Shown here piece after piece: positions 17,335-17,743 of a stretch of 17,743 bases of DNA. Position 1 is the stretch's first letter; every line of letters begins with the position of its first letter. Source of the stretch: Candidatus Micrarchaeota archaeon (GTDB taxonomy: Archaea; Micrarchaeota; Micrarchaeia; Anstonellales; Anstonellaceae); the NCBI GenBank assembly GCA_013331805.1, contig DUFS01000083.1, positions 3,268 through 21,010 on the forward strand, in the 5' to 3' direction. Below the pieces are notes generated by a model. That model ran no database searches. It had not been told where the DNA came from and saw only the letters and a program-made list of their open reading frames with translations. The position numbers were made by a program, and so were the translations under genes.

Positions 17335-17528
17335 AAATGCGATTCCTGTCCCCTCATTTTTTCTGAAGAAAAAATGCGGATGCACATTCCTGCGGGAATG
17401 AATCCGGCATTTATTCAAGAATAAATGCGGATGCCGGGACGACAAACTGCGCAGCAGTTTGGCGGCTTTTTCCGCAGCAGCGGAAAATAGGCAGCCGCAT
17501 TGAGCGAAGCGAAATGCGGATGCCGGGA
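17335..17528 (-). repeat. Decaying direct repeats of the tRNA-Gly 3' end separated by palindromic spacers
   Basis: Plus strand AAATGCGGATGCCGGGA at 17512-17528 (the tRNA itself) and 17423-17439, AAATGCGGATGC at 17372-17383, AAATGCG at 17335-17341. Confidence 0.8.
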
Positions 17529-17743
17529 TTTTCACCAAGAGAACACCACCATTTTCTTTTGGGGTGGAGCCCTCAGCCCTTTTCTTTTCGGAAAAGAAAG
17601 GGGATATGGGTTTGAACCCGGACCATTGACTTTCTTTTAGACCTTTTCCCGCTTTTCCGTGGACGCTTTTTCGAGCGTACCCATCTGGAGCGAGAAAAAG
17701 GGTCCTTGGAAGGCCAAGATACTAGCCAGGTTATACTACATCC
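17515..17743 (-). tRNA. trnG: tRNA-Gly(TCC) with two introns: 37/38 (17632-17706, 75 nt) and 59/60 (17529-17610, 82 nt); first 2 nt (predicted GC) lie beyond the window; CCA not encoded
   Basis: Spliced: (GC)GGATG TA GTATAACCTGGCTAGTAT C TTGGC CT TCC A|A GTCAA TGGT CCGGG TTCAAA|T CCCGG CATCCGC A. Acceptor, anticodon and T stems all pair, and intron 2 has a perfect BHB. Confidence 0.9.

Noticed and set aside
17335..17528. CRISPR array
   Set aside because: Repeats are 17 bp or shorter, decay quickly, are irregularly spaced and equal the tRNA 3' end; no cas genes are present.
17281..17538. 85-aa minus-strand ORF
   Set aside because: It overlaps the tRNA 3' exon and palindromic repeats and has no protein-like features.
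17640..17743. Plus-strand rRNA leader or start of 16S/23S rRNA at the window end
   Set aside because: The minus strand is fully explained as tRNA-Gly exon 1 and intron 1.

Overview
Archaeal DNA (TATA-box promoters, GGTGA/GGAGG ribosome-binding sites, rpl35ae, archease, oapA/oapC, BHB-type tRNA introns); a DPANN/Micrarchaeota-like host is inferred, not proven. The left ~6.4 kb is accessory-looking: a wHTH + DUF6036/AbiEii-like nucleotidyltransferase pair behind a palindromic operator, two hypothetical genes, a UPF0158/Zn-ribbon protein and an 881-aa Zn-finger/TPR protein. It ends at an orphan tRNA-Pro-like 5' half that has its own TATA box and a pseudoknotted leader. The middle is housekeeping: DUF475, two small ORFs, rpl35ae, archease, a thioredoxin/CcdA-like membrane protein, and oapA(arvA)-oapC(arvC) without oapB. 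The right is a minus-strand purB-glyA-folD-folC-[5-formyl-THF cyclo-ligase::PurN fusion] operon with a structured 5' leader. The window ends in a tRNA-Gly(TCC) gene with two introns (37/38 and 59/60), followed by decaying copies of its last exon.
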